Positions 13,285-26,557 of a stretch of 64,000 nt of DNA are shown here, piece by piece (positions within the stretch are counted from its first letter, which is position 1; each line of letters opens with the position of its first letter). Location of the stretch: NCBI GenBank assembly GCA_964016885.1, contig OZ024743.1:89466001-89530000 (forward strand). Direction: 5' to 3'. Both the position numbers and the translations under genes were made by a program. A model generated the notes under the pieces. That model was not told the origin of the DNA. It did no database searches and was given only the letters and a program-made list of their open reading frames with translations. Source of the DNA: Eledone cirrhosa (Eukaryota).

Positions 13285-14091
13285 GTGCGACCCAGCAGAA
13301 ATATGGAAAGACACATCCAACACTTCATCAATCGCATGCAGTTCTCTGGCTACAACCAAAGAGACAGAGTCAGAGTATACGAAGGAGCCATGGAGAAGTG
13401 TAAGACCCTCATAGAACTGGATATGAAAGGAATTTGCCCATTATACAGGAGCAAATCATGGAATAGCTTAGATAGGGCTAGACATAAGATAGGGAAAGCC
13501 ACCTCATGGTACGACAACCAGAGATACCAAAGTGTCATGTTTGTGGACGCTACCCCTGGAGGGAAATTAGCTAACCAGTGTAGAAAGGCCCTGAGAAAGA
13601 CCCACTTAAAAATGAAGGTGGTAGAAAAGCCAGGAACCACCATAAAATCCCTGATCAGCAAAACCTACCCTTTTAAGAAAACCCACTGTACCAATAGGAA
13701 ATGTATCATATGTAAGGTGAACCCCCGGATAAACTGTAAAACTAGAAACGTAGTCTATAGCATAAGATGTACAGAGGGTACCTGCAGAAACATGACAACA
13801 ACATACATAGGTGAGACAGCTCGTAGCATGGGTGAAAGGATAGACCAACACTGGGGGGAACTAAAAGGACGAAAAAACGGGTCAGTACTATACGAACATG
13901 CTAGACAACAACATGACGGTAACATAGACAACATAGAAATTAGAATAATATCTAAACATAGAAATGACCCAGCAGATAGGCAAATCAGAGAGGCCAGTGA
14001 AATAGAAATTAGAAGACCAAGGCTAAACAGAAAGAATGAATGGAATAACAACAACACCCAAACAAACAACACTGACCTAAGAGAAGTATAA
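13285..14091 (+). CDS. Penelope-like retroelement C-terminal ORF fragment with GIY-YIG endonuclease
   Basis: MQFSGY, CxxxxCxxC..C linker, VVYSIRC..YIGETARS..ERI..H, and downstream H, E and N residues (REASEI..LNRKNEW). Confidence 0.85.
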   Translation: MRPSRNMERHIQHFINRMQFSGYNQRDRVRVYEGAMEKCKTLIELDMKGICPLYRSKSWNSLDRARHKIGKATSWYDNQRYQSVMFVDATPGGKLANQCRKALRKTHLKMKVVEKPGTTIKSLISKTYPFKKTHCTNRKCIICKVNPRINCKTRNVVYSIRCTEGTCRNMTTTYIGETARSMGERIDQHWGELKGRKNGSVLYEHARQQHDGNIDNIEIRIISKHRNDPADRQIREASEIEIRRPRLNRKNEWNNNNTQTNNTDLREV

Positions 14092-14337
14092 ATAAGTAAA
14101 TAAAATAAAATAAATAAATAAATAAATAAATAAATACATACACAAGCACAATAACAACAAGCACATAAACACACACTAGTCACCCATCACACAGCAAACA
14201 AAACACTATACACACACGCAAACGCATGCGCAAAGAAGACAAAATAAAATAAACAAACAAGCAAATAAATAAATAAATATATTGACAGACTGAATAAAAA
14301 TGGCGTAGACATACAATACAACAGGAGGATAATATAA

Positions 14338-14381
14338 CACCACTGACGATGTTGCAGATGTGCAACGAAAGATTTATGATA
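14338..14381 (+). ncRNA. Minimal type I hammerhead ribozyme in the Penelope pLTR
   Basis: cacca-CTGACGA-T-GTTGCA-gatg-TGCAAC-GAAA-GATT-TA-tgata. Core intact and 6-bp stem II. Stems I and III are slightly decayed. Confidence 0.7.
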
Positions 14382-14581
14382 AACTATATATATGTGTTTG
14401 TGTCTATATTGTATCTGTATTATTTTTGACCGTCGGTCAGTCAATGGCAACATTGAGGACCGAGTAAGTTAGATTACCGATATAAAAGACACAGAAGCGA
14501 GAAGCGAAAACCAACCAAACAGTGAGTGTGTTCTGTTATTAATTCTGGCAATATTACACAAATATGACCCTCCCCAAGTAT

Positions 14582-14634
<53 letters not shown>

Positions 14635-14682
14635 CACACGATTTTGTACTTGTTTTGCAAGATTTCTTATATATATATATAT

Positions 14683-14877
14683 ATAGGAAAAAGTATGACC
14701 CCGCCGGCAGAGCTCAAGCCGTTTCGACGGCTATTTCTGGGTCTAGAAATATTCGTTGAAACGGCTTGAGCTCTGCCGTCGGGGTCATACTTTTTCCTAT
14801 TTCCCACTCTACTACTCTAAGTATTGAGTACTCTGGTGCGTTATGGTCCGTCTGGTTCCTTACCACAATTCCTTTGT

Positions 14878-14880
<3 letters not shown>
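14683..14880 (+). mobile_element. Penelope-like pLTR fragment with fold-back palindrome (14683-14740/14743-14800)
   Basis: Inverted copy of the 2170-2358 family, with GAAACGGC..GCCGTC and (TA)n on both sides. Confidence 0.7.
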
Positions 14881-14963
<83 letters not shown>

Positions 14964-15559
14964 GATGTATGTATGTATGTATATTGGCAGCATGACCCTT
15001 CCAATATATATAGCACTGTGCATTTAGTTAGTGTTACACTGATAATGATATAGTGGTAATTAGACACAAACCTGTATTAATGCTGTCTGTATAAATAATA
15101 TTGTAACACTTTAAAAAATACAATATCGTCGTTTTGAATTGGATTTTTACAACTAACATTAAACCATCTTGTGAACCAGTCAGAAATGTTATTGTAAGCA
15201 TATATATTAAAAAAGCTGTCATTTTTGACATCTCCAGCATAGTTACGTCCCTTTACGATCTGAGTTCAAATCCCGCCGAGGTTGACTTTGCCTTTCATCC
15301 TTACGGGGTCGATAAAATAGAGTACCAGTAATACACTCGGATAATTGCTGGCTTGGTGCCAACAGTAGAAACAATTATGAGCCCAAATATATTTAGATTT
15401 GGCAATATAGGTTGCGTTGTACACAAATATGTACGCGCATGCGCATATTGTTTTTAGATCTCTGTCGATATTGTCGCTGGGTATTCCACAGACGTGTTAA
15501 AAGACCGAAATATTTGTTACTTTATGTCACAGATATACAGATATAATTTTAATGCGCAG

Positions 15560-16158
15560 TGCACTGAAGAAGATAGAGAAGTTCAAGTATCTCGCGGCCG
15601 TGTTCACGAGTGATAGAAGGCAGGAGGCTGACTTAAGTGCAAGAATTGCAGGGACTGGTGAAATAATACACCAGCTTCAGCATTCAATAATCAGAAGAAG
15701 GAAGGTAGGCATAAAAGCCAAACTCGCTATCTTCAATACGGTATTCATGCCAATCCTTACTTATGGTCGAATCCTTACTAATGACCGAAAGAATACGATC
15801 ACGAATACAAGCAGCTGAAATGAGGTGTTTAGAGTAACGTTACTCGATAAAGTGTGTAGCGTGGAGATGAGAGAGTCACTCCAGGTGGAGCTGTTACTTC
15901 TCTGAATCGAGAGATCACAGTTCCGACACTATGGACATGTGGTTAGAATGTCACAAAAAAGAATTGCTGGACAGATTTTACGGGCAAAACCAACTGGCAA
16001 AAGACCCAGTGGTAGACCCTGAACAAGATGGTTAAATAACATCCATGAGCGTGGCTTGGTCTCGCTTTGACATTCAGCCGGATCAGTTGGAGAGTGTTGC
16101 TTCTGACAGAATCCGCTGGAAGGGGTCTTTGAGGACTCTGCCCCCACGACCCTCTCAG

Positions 16159-16160
<2 letters not shown>
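15560..16160 (+). mobile_element. RTE-clade (Expander/Rex3-like) LINE 3' remnant
   Basis: KFKYLAAVFTSD..KAKLAIFNTVFMPILTYG, then IQAAEMR, YGHVVRM and GKRPSGRP. 3' end ctgcccccacgaccc is followed by (AAT)n. Confidence 0.75.
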
Positions 16161-16246
<86 letters not shown>

Positions 16247-16247
<1 letters not shown>

Positions 16248-18253
16248 TCACATGTCTGCCCGTAATGTGGAAACTGTTGACGAGCATTGTGTCTGAGGAA
16301 ATCTACCATCACCTCCACACAAACAACTTGTTACCGGACGAACAGAAAGGATGCCGAAAGAAGTCACGTGGTACAAAGGACCAGTTGCTTATTGATAAGA
16401 TGGTAATGGGGAATTGCAGGAGGAGACACACTGATCTTGCCATGGGATGGATAGACTACAGAAAGGCATTTGACATGGTGCCTCATTCCTGGATCACCAA
16501 AAGCCTGGAGATCTTCAGGGTGGCAGATAACATCAGACAGTTGCTGGGCAGGAGTATGGGGTCCTGGGAGACAGAGTTGACATCAACTGGAGTATCCTTG
16601 GGAAGCGTGAAGATCAAGAAAGGTATCTTCCAGGGAGATAGCCTGTCCCCTCTGTTGTTTGTCCTTGCCCTGATGCCCTTGACCATTATGCTGCTAAAAG
16701 TGAGAGCAGGATACAAGTTGGGAAGGGGAGAGCTTACCATCAATCACCTCCTCTTCATGGACGATCTTAAGCTCTTCGGGAAAAGTGAGAAGGAGTTGGA
16801 TGTGCTTGTTGACACTGTCCGTATTTTCAGCAGTGATATATGTATGCAGTTTGGTATTGGTAAATGTGGAGTCATTGTGATGAGGAGGGGTAGGTTGAGC
16901 AGAAGTAACGGGATCCAGATACCAACAGGTGAGATGATAAAGGAAATTGACTCTGAGGAAGGATACAAGTATTTGGGCGTTCTGGAGGCTGATGGCATAA
17001 AGAACAAAAAAATGAAGGAATTGTTAAGAACTGAATACATTCGGAGAGTAAGGAGCGTATTGAAGTCACATCTGAACAGCAGAAATGCCATAAGCGCAGT
17101 AAATTCCCGAGCTGTGTCTATTATTAGGTACAGTGCGGGAATTCTGAGATGGAATGTTGCTGAACAAAAAGAAATGGATAGGAAGACTAGGAAGCTATTG
17201 ACTATCTACAACATGTTCCACAAGAGGAGTGATGTCGATAGACTCTACCTAAGGAGATCTGAGGGTGGAAGAGGTCTTATCAGCATAGAGGACTGTGTTC
17301 AGATGGAGAAAAACAACCTATACAAATACGTGACCTATAGTAAGGAGCCAATGCTCAGAGCTGTACTGAAGGAGGGGACAGTAGGCCAGGGGATATCCAA
17401 GGAGGAAATAACATCAAGGAGGAAGAGCAGCCTTAAGGGAAAATCCCTTCATAGTACCTTCTTTGAGAAAACTGAATTTAGAGATCCACAGACATGGAAC
17501 TGGTTGAGAAGAGGAGACCTCAAAAAGGCTACAGAAGGAATGCTAATGGCTGCGCAGGAGCAGGCCCTCAAAACGAAGTGGTTGAAGCACCATATCTACA
17601 AGGAGGAGGCTAGCCCACTGTGCAGGATCTGTGGAGAGAGAGAGGAGACTGTGGCCCACATTGTGTCCGAGTGTAAACACCTAGCCCAGACCCACTATAA
17701 GGGCTGGAGACACGATGTGATGGGCAGGGTGATCCACTGGCACCTGTGCAAAGTAAACAATCTACCACATTCTGAGAAATGGTATGAGCATAGGCCAGAG
17801 GCGGTGATGGAGAACAGTCAGGTGAAGGTGCTGTGGGATTTTAGGATACAGACGGACAAAAAACTGGAACACAATAGACCTGACCTGGTGGTTGTGGACA
17901 AAGAAAAAAGATCGTGCCTGATTGTGGATGTGGCCTGCCCGTTCGACACGAGAGTGCAAGAGAAGGAGAGGGAGAAAATTAACCGATACCAGGACCTAAA
18001 GTGGGAGGTGAAAAGGATTTGGAACTGCCATGAAGTCAAAGTGATCCCGATTGTCATAGGCGCACTGGGGACTATCTCCAAAGGTTTCCAGGGATGGTTA
18101 AAGAAAATCGGCCCCTTCACGCTTTTTGGAACGCTTCAAAAGGCATGCTTGCTTGGAACGGCAAGAACCCTCCGATACGTCCTGAATATCTGAGGCTGAT
18201 ATTCAATCCAACGGACTTTCCAGTTAACCAACATCAATGACTGAGATTCAAGG
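16247..18253 (+). mobile_element. Young 5'-truncated R4/Dong-type RLE non-LTR retrotransposon in (TAA)n
   Basis: Starts abruptly at ITCLPVMWK after (AAT)n at 16161-16246. A 60-bp 3'UTR is followed by an (AAT)n tail. Confidence 0.9.
16265..18193 (+). CDS. RT + CCHC zinc knuckle + restriction-like endonuclease (R4/Dong-type), N-terminally truncated
   Basis: [64 protein letters not shown] and [20 protein letters not shown]. No stops in 642 aa. Confidence 0.92.
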   Translation: MWKLLTSIVSEEIYHHLHTNNLLPDEQKGCRKKSRGTKDQLLIDKMVMGNCRRRHTDLAMGWIDYRKAFDMVPHSWITKSLEIFRVADNIRQLLGRSMGSWETELTSTGVSLGSVKIKKGIFQGDSLSPLLFVLALMPLTIMLLKVRAGYKLGRGELTINHLLFMDDLKLFGKSEKELDVLVDTVRIFSSDICMQFGIGKCGVIVMRRGRLSRSNGIQIPTGEMIKEIDSEEGYKYLGVLEADGIKNKKMKELLRTEYIRRVRSVLKSHLNSRNAISAVNSRAVSIIRYSAGILRWNVAEQKEMDRKTRKLLTIYNMFHKRSDVDRLYLRRSEGGRGLISIEDCVQMEKNNLYKYVTYSKEPMLRAVLKEGTVGQGISKEEITSRRKSSLKGKSLHSTFFEKTEFRDPQTWNWLRRGDLKKATEGMLMAAQEQALKTKWLKHHIYKEEASPLCRICGEREETVAHIVSECKHLAQTHYKGWRHDVMGRVIHWHLCKVNNLPHSEKWYEHRPEAVMENSQVKVLWDFRIQTDKKLEHNRPDLVVVDKEKRSCLIVDVACPFDTRVQEKEREKINRYQDLKWEVKRIWNCHEVKVIPIVIGALGTISKGFQGWLKKIGPFTLFGTLQKACLLGTARTLRYVLNI

Positions 18254-18265
18254 AATAACAATAAC

Positions 18266-18346
<81 letters not shown>

Positions 18347-18669
18347 AAGAAGAAGAAGAACAACAACAACAACAAGAATTTTTAGTAAATTACTCAAAAT
18401 GGAATCTCGGTTCCTGAAGGCCGTCCGCCATCTTAAATGTTCATAAACCGAAATTATTTTTCTCATAAGAAATGTTGAGAGAAATACGGCGAGAGAGAGA
18501 GAGAGAGAGAGGAGAGAGAGGGAGAGAGAGAGGGAGAGAGAGGGAGAGAGAGGGGGAGAGAGAGAGAGACTGCGTGTGAAGGACAGATAGGTATCACCGT
18601 AATAACTGACTATACAGCAAATAACGCTTTCCCCGCCGATACTCCAACCATGTCACCAACCGTTGTTGC

Positions 18670-18790
18670 AGACTTACGTGTTCGTTACTCGAAACGCCTT
18701 CGTGAACCGAGACGTTTATGTTCGGAAAAATTGTTTGTCAATCGATTTGTTCGTGACGAGAGGCATTCGTGAACTGAGGCTCCATTGTAC
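18670..18790. mobile_element. Tigger/pogo-like DNA transposon end remnant
   Basis: Repeated ttcgt(g/t)a..cga motifs ending gaggctccattg-TA. Confidence 0.4.
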
Positions 18791-19199
18791 TACATTTATT
18801 CAAATGCTGTGTATTTCATCAAGTATAATGGTCACGAAATGGTTAATCTATCTATGGTCAATAAGTACCTGCGATATATTGGTGTCTTTTCAATTAAACT
18901 GTGTTGTTTTTTGATATTTTATTTGGTTCTTAAATAGTTCTGTATATACTACTGAGCTGAACATGAATACCAGCAGTAGCTGGGAGTTTAACCCTTTAGC
19001 ATTTACATTACTCTATATTTGCTATTGTATATTCGCGGCAAGGCGTTATCTCACATAATTATCTCACATAATAATGAGATGTTAATATAATTTATTTTGA
19101 GAACAATACCTTAATGTTGGATGAGCACCCGATTATGGCCGGTTTGAACAGAAAGAGGTGAGAGAATGTTGGCCGGATACGACCGGTTTTAATGCGAAA

Positions 19200-19325
19200 G
19201 AGTTAACCCTGCGATGGATTGGCATCTTGTCCAGGGGGAGTCTTTTACTCTCAGTCGCTTCATGCCACGGAAACCGAGATAAGCACTGGTCTGATGAGCC
19301 TCCGAGCTCGAGACAGACTTTCGTC
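19200..19325 (+). mobile_element. V-SINE-like 3' fragment (related to 39650-39760)
   Basis: aaccctgcgatggattggcatcttgtccagggggagt..gaaaccgagataagcac is shared with 39650-39760. Confidence 0.5.
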
Positions 19326-20696
19326 TTTAGCTATATGTAATCCTCCCAGAGTCGTCTTCCATAACAGTTTGTTCCTAGAAATGGCCAATCAACTTCGCTT
19401 GGGATGGTTTTAAATAATATTTAAAAAATCACCTCTTTACAAATGGATGTTTTTGTATTAATCTGGTCTGAAAAGCCATTCTTTTATTTTTTATTGTTGT
19501 GATTGCAATATTTTCCTTTTGTTCCTTAATCCCATTGGAACAACACATTTGGCAGCTGATTAGCGGAAGTAAATTATATTTTACTGATATTCTTTAGTCA
19601 TATTTTGAGATCATCCAGAAGAGACAAATTACCGTGAGAATATATAAAAATAACAACACGACAGAAAACAAATCAGTTTTCTACATGCGATTGCTTTATT
19701 TTTTACACAATGTTTCTTGGTTGTATTTACTGTGTAATTTACGAGAGAAGTTGTCTGAATGAGGTGGGGAATATTAGTGAAATGAGCTGTAGCTTGTAAC
19801 TTTGCTACGACAGACATTCCCATACCAGAGAGTGAGGGAGGGAGAGAGAGATAGATAGATAGAGAGAGAGAGAGACAAAGAGGGAGAGAGAGAGAGTGAA
19901 TGAGAGAGGGGGTGATTAGTCGCGTGATAAATGATCAGACGAGGTGACATGAATTTCTCAATTACGATGATTAATTACACGAAACCATCTCTAATACATA
20001 TGTGTGTTAATGACTGTAACAGGAGATTGGTGGTCTTTGGGCAACTTTAACAGCTACTTCAGAACAACAGCAACAATAACGACGACGACAACAATAACAA
20101 CAACAGCAACAATAAAAAGAATCTCATTGTGAAGCTGGATGGAACGGATGAACTGTTTTCTCTAATAGAATAGGAAACTAAACTAAATAAATAAAAAAGA
20201 AAAAAAAAACTAATGAATAAATTGTGAAAGAGCGACAACTGGCTTTTGTTGAGGGAAGTTGATACTATAATGGTGATTGGTTCATAAAACATCTCAGACC
20301 TGGATAAATAAGTCATTTATTTATTTATTTATTGATAACAACAGTTTAATATATCTCTTCCGTCTCTCTAAAGTGATTTCTAATTTAGGCACAAGGCCAG
20401 CAATTTGTAAAGCGGGCAAAGTGAAGTCGGTTATATCAACACCAATATTTTAATGCTACTTTGTTTTATCGATCTCAGAAGGATGAAAGGCAAAGTTGAC
20501 CATGGTGGGATTTGAACTCAGAAAATAAAGGACCGTAATGACACAAAACATTTTGTCCGACGCTCCAACGATTCTGCCAAAACGCAGCTTTCCCATCTCC
20601 TTAATAGTAACGCACACACGCACTTGCTAAGACAACGATACATGTTATACACAGTGTATTTGCATTGAATAGTACTATCTATCTATCAATCTATCT

Positions 20697-20950
20697 TTTT
20701 TCGGGGATGTGTGCGACCCCCCAAGGCGCCTCCTCTCTATTGAGGATTTTGTTTATAAATTTTATTTTTTGTTATATTTTATAACAAAATCCTCTATTGA
20801 GGATTTTGTTATAATTCTATTTTTTGTTATATTTTATTTTATTTTTATATATTGTTATTGCCTCCTCCCTATTGAGGACGCCTTGTGTTGTAAACTCCCC
20901 CCATTGTACTTGTCCCACTTTTGATGCCCTTGTGGCAAATAAAAGAAACA
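20697..20950 (+). mobile_element. Tx1-like LINE 3'UTR fragment flanked by (TATC)n
   Basis: 3' end ttgtcccacttttgatgcccttgtggcaaataaaagaaac matches the 3951 element's end. tatc repeats lie on both sides. Confidence 0.6.
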
Positions 20951-21049
20951 TATCTATATATCTACCTATCTACCTACCTACTCCTCATTAATCAAGAGAC
21001 CTTTCTCCTGTCCTCCTATTTCCTTCCACCACCACTAGATACCTAAACC

Positions 21050-21429
21050 AGACCTGCCAACCTTTAAAAACCCAAAGGGGGAATACCATGAAAAAGGTGC
21101 CCCAAAACGGGGAGAAATGAGGCAAAATGGGGAGATTTTACATAATTGTTTCTACTTTAGGCAGAAGGCCAGCAATTACCCAGTACATTACTGGTACTTT
21201 ATTTTATCGACCCCGTAAGGATGAAAGGCAAAGTTAACCTCGGCGGGATTTGAACTCAGATCGTAAAGGGAGATAACTCTTTGCGTCAAAGCATGGCGCC
21301 CGACTCTCTACTGATACTGCCAATCCACCGGGAGATTTTACATAATGAAAGCTATACCCATTTTCACAAGAGAAGACATCTCTCACCCACCTCAAAGTGG
21401 GTGGGGGGGGGGGGGAGTTGACAGATCTT
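21050..21429. mobile_element. hAT-like MITE containing a SINE insertion (21147-21329, minus)
   Basis: TIRs agacctgccaac/gttgacagatct with 8-bp TSD cctaaacc. The SINE has a 17-bp TSD gggagattttacataat (21130-21146/21330-21346). Confidence 0.65.
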
Positions 21430-22204
21430 CCTAAACCATTAGATAGACCCCCACGACACTCAACTACCAATCAAGACACCTATAAATAACCAGAACTGAC
21501 CAACTTTAACTACAATTACTATAACTGCTCCATTTCCCCAATAGTAATTACACTCAATATATAGTCTATAGATGGTGGTGGAGTAGTACAGAGTGAGTCA
21601 CTGAGCAATATGTATTTTTGTGGGGACCCGGGGTGGCGAACTGAAGGGCTGCCCTGGACGGCACACACTCTAGCTACGTCACTAGTGCGTCAGATAAAAT
21701 AGAATTGTGGTGTTTATTCTGGATCTTTACATTCTGAGTTCGAATCACGTCGAGGTTGGCTTTGCTTTTCATCCCTCCGGGATCGATAAAATAAAGTATC
21801 ATTCGTACTGGGGTTTATTTAATCAACTTTGTTCTTCCCCCAAAAAATTGCTGGCCTTGTGCCTAAATTGGAAGTCAATATATTACGTCATCGTTCCTAT
21901 AGTAACTACAATTAATATATACTCTCCATTAATACCAGCCGTCAAGCTTATACTATAAGCAAATGATCATCATCTTAGATGCATCATACGCAAACTTTAC
22001 TAGCTATAGCTTATTTTTGTTTCAGTACCGAAAGAGTTAATGTGACTGACGCTTTCACGCAATGCCAGGAGTAGGAGTGACATGGTCACTGTTTTAAGAG
22101 CTCATAGCGAGACTTATGTATGTTATGCATAAACATATTGTATATGCTTCTATAAAGCGGTGAATTGGCAGAGACGTTAGAACGTCAGATAGAATGCTTT
22201 ATGG

Positions 22205-22690
22205 CAGCGGTTCCCAACCTTTTATAATCAATTCCACCTTAATGATATAGCAAAAAAACAGTATGGCGCCCCCCCAAAAATTAAAATTTTTGATATAATT
22301 TTTTTATGTAGAAATAATTTCGGCATGTCTTTTTATTGCAATCAAATCATTTTAAATTTATTATAAACTTTACTAAAATTTACTAAAATAAATAATATAT
22401 ATCCTGTTATAAAAATAAGTTTCTTTACTAAGTTTATTTACTAAAACATAAATTGTTATATCCAGATTTAAATAATTATCAAGTGAAGTGAAATCATAAT
22501 TAGAAAAGGTAGAAAGTTGATAAAAAGTTGAATATAAAAATTTGAAGCAAGAAAAAGAAAAAATTATGTTAGGAAACTACTCTTCTTTTTTATGTATGAA
22601 ATTTTATGATTTTTAGTTAATTCCCGTGGCTCCCCCAATAACTTGCTATGGCCCACTGGTGGGTCATGGCCACATAGTTGGGAACCAATG
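22205..22690. mobile_element. hAT-type MITE inserted into a SINE
   Basis: TIRs CAGCGGTTCCCAAC/GTTGGGAACCAATG with a perfect 8-bp TSD ctttatgg. SINE halves lie at 22156-22204 and 22691-22810. Confidence 0.85.
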
Positions 22691-23220
22691 CTTTATGGTA
22701 TTCGTTCGAGCTCTCTGATCTCTGAGTTCAAATCCCGCTGAGGTCAACTTCGTCTTTCATCCTTTCGAGGTCGATAAAAAAACGTACCAGTCTAGTACTG
22801 GGGTCGATTCTTCCTCTATATCTCTTTCTCATTTCCTCTTTCTCACTTTCTATCTTTCACGGGAAGAAATCTGTTACACATCTGTACTCAGGCCTTAAAA
22901 TGACCAAGAGACGCTGTATGTCAATATGGCGCCCTACGACTCTATCAGGAGTTACAGGAATCTACATAGATATGTTTCCATATACGCCAGTAATATGAAT
23001 CACACAATGTTAATGGTACTTCACCCCGCCTTCAAAAAGAACATATATATAAGAAAATTCAGATATGTTCTAACTGCCCACAGAATATGAGAACAAACTG
23101 TTGTATTTTAAACCCATTTATACGTATAATTATAAAAATATTCATTTTGTCAGAAGAAAGAAAAAAATAATCTTTAAAAATACCTCTGTGCTTTTTCACT
23201 TTTACTTTTTACACACACAC

Positions 23221-23339
<119 letters not shown>

Positions 23340-23606
23340 TGAAAAAAAGGAAAAGAATGACTTCACTTGTAGTTCTAAACAAATTGATTTAATTTTATAA
23401 TATAATATTAAGAGTTGGTAGATCTAGTAAGTTCTTTGTTAATTTCGGTGGGAAGATTTTTAAAGATTCCTGGTTAACTTTCCTGGACAACTTTTTCGCA
23501 TTCGTCGATGGTGATTGTCAATATATATATATATTATATATATATATTATATATATATATATTATATATATATTATATATATATTATATATATATAATAT
23601 ATTATA

Positions 23607-23676
<70 letters not shown>

Positions 23677-23774
23677 ATATATATATATATATTATATAGT
23701 TGTGTATAGTGGTAGCTATGGTGCTTCCATAGGCGGTATGCCAAAATTAGCACTCGATATTCATCAGAGTAGAT

Positions 23775-23882
<108 letters not shown>

Positions 23883-24209
23883 GTATATATATATATATTA
23901 TATATATATATATTATATATTATAAATATATATATATTATATATATATATATTATATATATATATATTTATTATATAAATATATATATATTATATATATA
24001 TTATTGATATATATATTATATATATATATTATATATATATATATTATATATATATATGTATATATATATGTATATATATTATATATATATATATTATATA
24101 TATACTCTCGGATCCCAAATAATAGGGGTTGGACATTTGCTTAAATTCTTATAAGTTGGAGTGGGGGTTGGAATAAAAGTGAGGGGTGGGGACTATTCAA
24201 GACCTGAGA

Positions 24210-24296
<87 letters not shown>

Positions 24297-24559
24297 CGTA
24301 GGTGTGTGTGTATGTGTGACATTGGTATGTCAAAGTGACCTGTATAAGTGTGGAAACATTCCGTGTGAAGTGAGAGGTAGTTTCTTTCATTTGTCGAAAG
24401 CAATGGCAATGTTGCAAGCGTGTGAGGATATTGCGTCAGATAGAGACATGTAGCTGTAGCAGCAGCAGCAGCAGTGGCAGTAGGGGAAGTTGAGGCTGAA
24501 AGTCAGCCTAATTATAGGGAATCAAGCAGAAAATATAAGGGATTACACTACATATAACT

Positions 24560-24720
24560 ATGGGCGCAGCCATAGCAGTCCGCTTTGCAGCCTCGTGGTT
24601 TTGGGTTCAGTCCCACTGCGTGGCACTTTGGGCAAGTAACTTCCACTATAGATTGTGGTATGGCCCATGCTTTGTAAGTGAAATTTGGTAAACGGAAATG
24701 GAGTGAAAACCTACCATGTA
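24560..24720 (+). mobile_element. Second tRNA-derived SINE family copy
   Basis: gggttcagtcccactgcgtggcactttgggcaagt..aaatttggtaaacggaaa with a TA tail. An inverted partial copy lies near 57230-57275. Confidence 0.6.
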
Positions 24721-24743
24721 TGTATATATATATACACACACAG

Positions 24744-24796
<53 letters not shown>

Positions 24797-24799
<3 letters not shown>

Positions 24800-25489
24800 G
24801 GTGTCCCATACACACTTCAACGGCAAAAAAAAAAGCATTAAAATATATTCTGTTTTATATGCATTATTATTTAATGTGCATTATTATTTAATGTGCATTA
24901 TTTATATGCATTATTATATGCATTATTTATATGCATTATAAAATAAAGTACCAGTAATGAACTGGGTAATTGCTGGCCTTGTGCCTAAAGTAGAAACAAT
25001 TATTATTTAAATTATTATTTAAATTATAGTTCAAATCCCGCTGAGGTTGACTTTGCCTTTCATCCTTACGGGGTCGATAAAATAAAGTACCAGTAATGTA
25101 CTGGTTAATTGCTGGCCTTGTGCCAAAAGTAGAAACAATTATTATTTAAATTATAAAGGGCGGTGGATTGGCAGTATCGGTAGAGGGTCGGACGCCATGC
25201 TTTCCAACATAGTTACGTCCCTTTACGATCTGAGTTCAAATCCCGCCGAGGTTGACTTTGCCTTTCATCCTTACGGGGTCGATAAAATAAAGTACCAGTA
25301 CTGGTTAATTGCTGGCCTTGTGCCTAAAGTAGAAACAATTATTACGTAAATTATGTAAATATTTTGGCGTGTTTACATACAATTGAATTATGTATGTGGG
25401 TCATTTTATTTTGGGGAAAGGCTGTGCATTCTAATAAATATTGCCTGTCCAGGTAATCAAGGTGTGTATAAATTTTTGGGGACACCCTA
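24797..25489. mobile_element. Tc1/mariner-type MITE carrying three SINE copies (24940-25342)
   Basis: TA-CAGGGTGTCCC...GGGACACCCTA-TA termini enclose tandem SINE copies. Confidence 0.65.
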
Positions 25490-25725
25490 TATATATATAG
25501 AGAGAGAGTGATCGGTACACGACGGCTAAGCTCCTTCCGTTTCTATAATTAATTTCAGACTGACGTCGGGTCCCGATTCTTTATAGTATAGCCATACTCT
25601 ACTACCCCCAAGTATCGACTACTCTGTTGAGTAATGGGCTAATTAGTTTCAAACTGAATTCATCTTGATTTATATATATACTTGTGTGCATGTGTGTGTG
25701 ATTGTGTGTGTGTGTGTGTTTGTAT

Positions 25726-25758
<33 letters not shown>

Positions 25759-26019
25759 CAAATTACGTTTATTAAAAAAAAGCCTTCGTGAGCCCCTTTT
25801 TTTTAAGTAAAAAAAAATTCAAACACACACACACACACACAAGCACACAAATAAACATACATATCTTTACTTTCTTTATTCAATAGAAAATCTGAATTCT
25901 GACACCCCAGCGAACTAACCATATTCACTGAACCAGAACAATTCTCCCATCCCATTTCTCTTGACCATTATCTTTTACTTATCATAAAATTCTCTAAAAA
26001 GGCTACAGAATGGATTTCC

Positions 26020-26380
26020 AAATAAGGGCGCGAAAATTTAATGAAAACTTGTTCACGTGACAGCCATAATTTCATTTATAACCAATCAAATTACGTTTAT
26101 TAAAAAAAAGCCTTCGTGAGCCCCTTTTTTTTAAAGTAAAAAGAAAGTCAAACACTCATATATGAAAAAACAACCTGTGACCCCCCCCCCCCTGTTTGGA
26201 GAAGTTTGTAACGCGAACTGGCGCGAAATTTATTATAATTATTGACCAACCAATCAAATTACTTCTCGAAAAACCTGGCATTTCGAGCCACTTTTTCCAT
26301 ATAAAACAAGTAACATTCAGAGACCAACTAGATGTGAGAAAAACCACAGACCCTCAATCTCAACTCTACTTTTGAAAAGC
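26020..26380. promoter_or_regulatory. Cluster of E2F-like, CCAAT and E-box motifs (possible promoter)
   Basis: GGCGCGAAA at 26027 and 26220, CCAAT at 26082 and 26250, CACGTG at 26054 and TTTGAA at 26371. Confidence 0.3.
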
Positions 26381-26475
26381 AGAAGAACTGCGAAACCGGT
26401 AAAGGAACCAAATAAATATATATATTTTTTTAAAAATAAGACTTCAGTTGCATTTTCGATTTCAACTTTTTTTCT

Positions 26476-26557
<82 letters not shown>

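Larger units (their letters stand above)
13177..14585 (+). mobile_element. 5'-truncated Penelope-like element (RT thumb, Cys linker, GIY-YIG endonuclease, 3' pLTR with HHR)
   Basis: ORFs 13214 and 13285 are joined by a frameshift. The pLTR (~14310-14585) is homologous to 34980-35230. Confidence 0.85.

Noticed and set aside
19290-19320. CTGATGA-GCC..GCTC-GAGAC hammerhead-like motif
   Set aside because: GAAA is absent, stems I and III cannot be formed, and it lies in a V-SINE-like tail.
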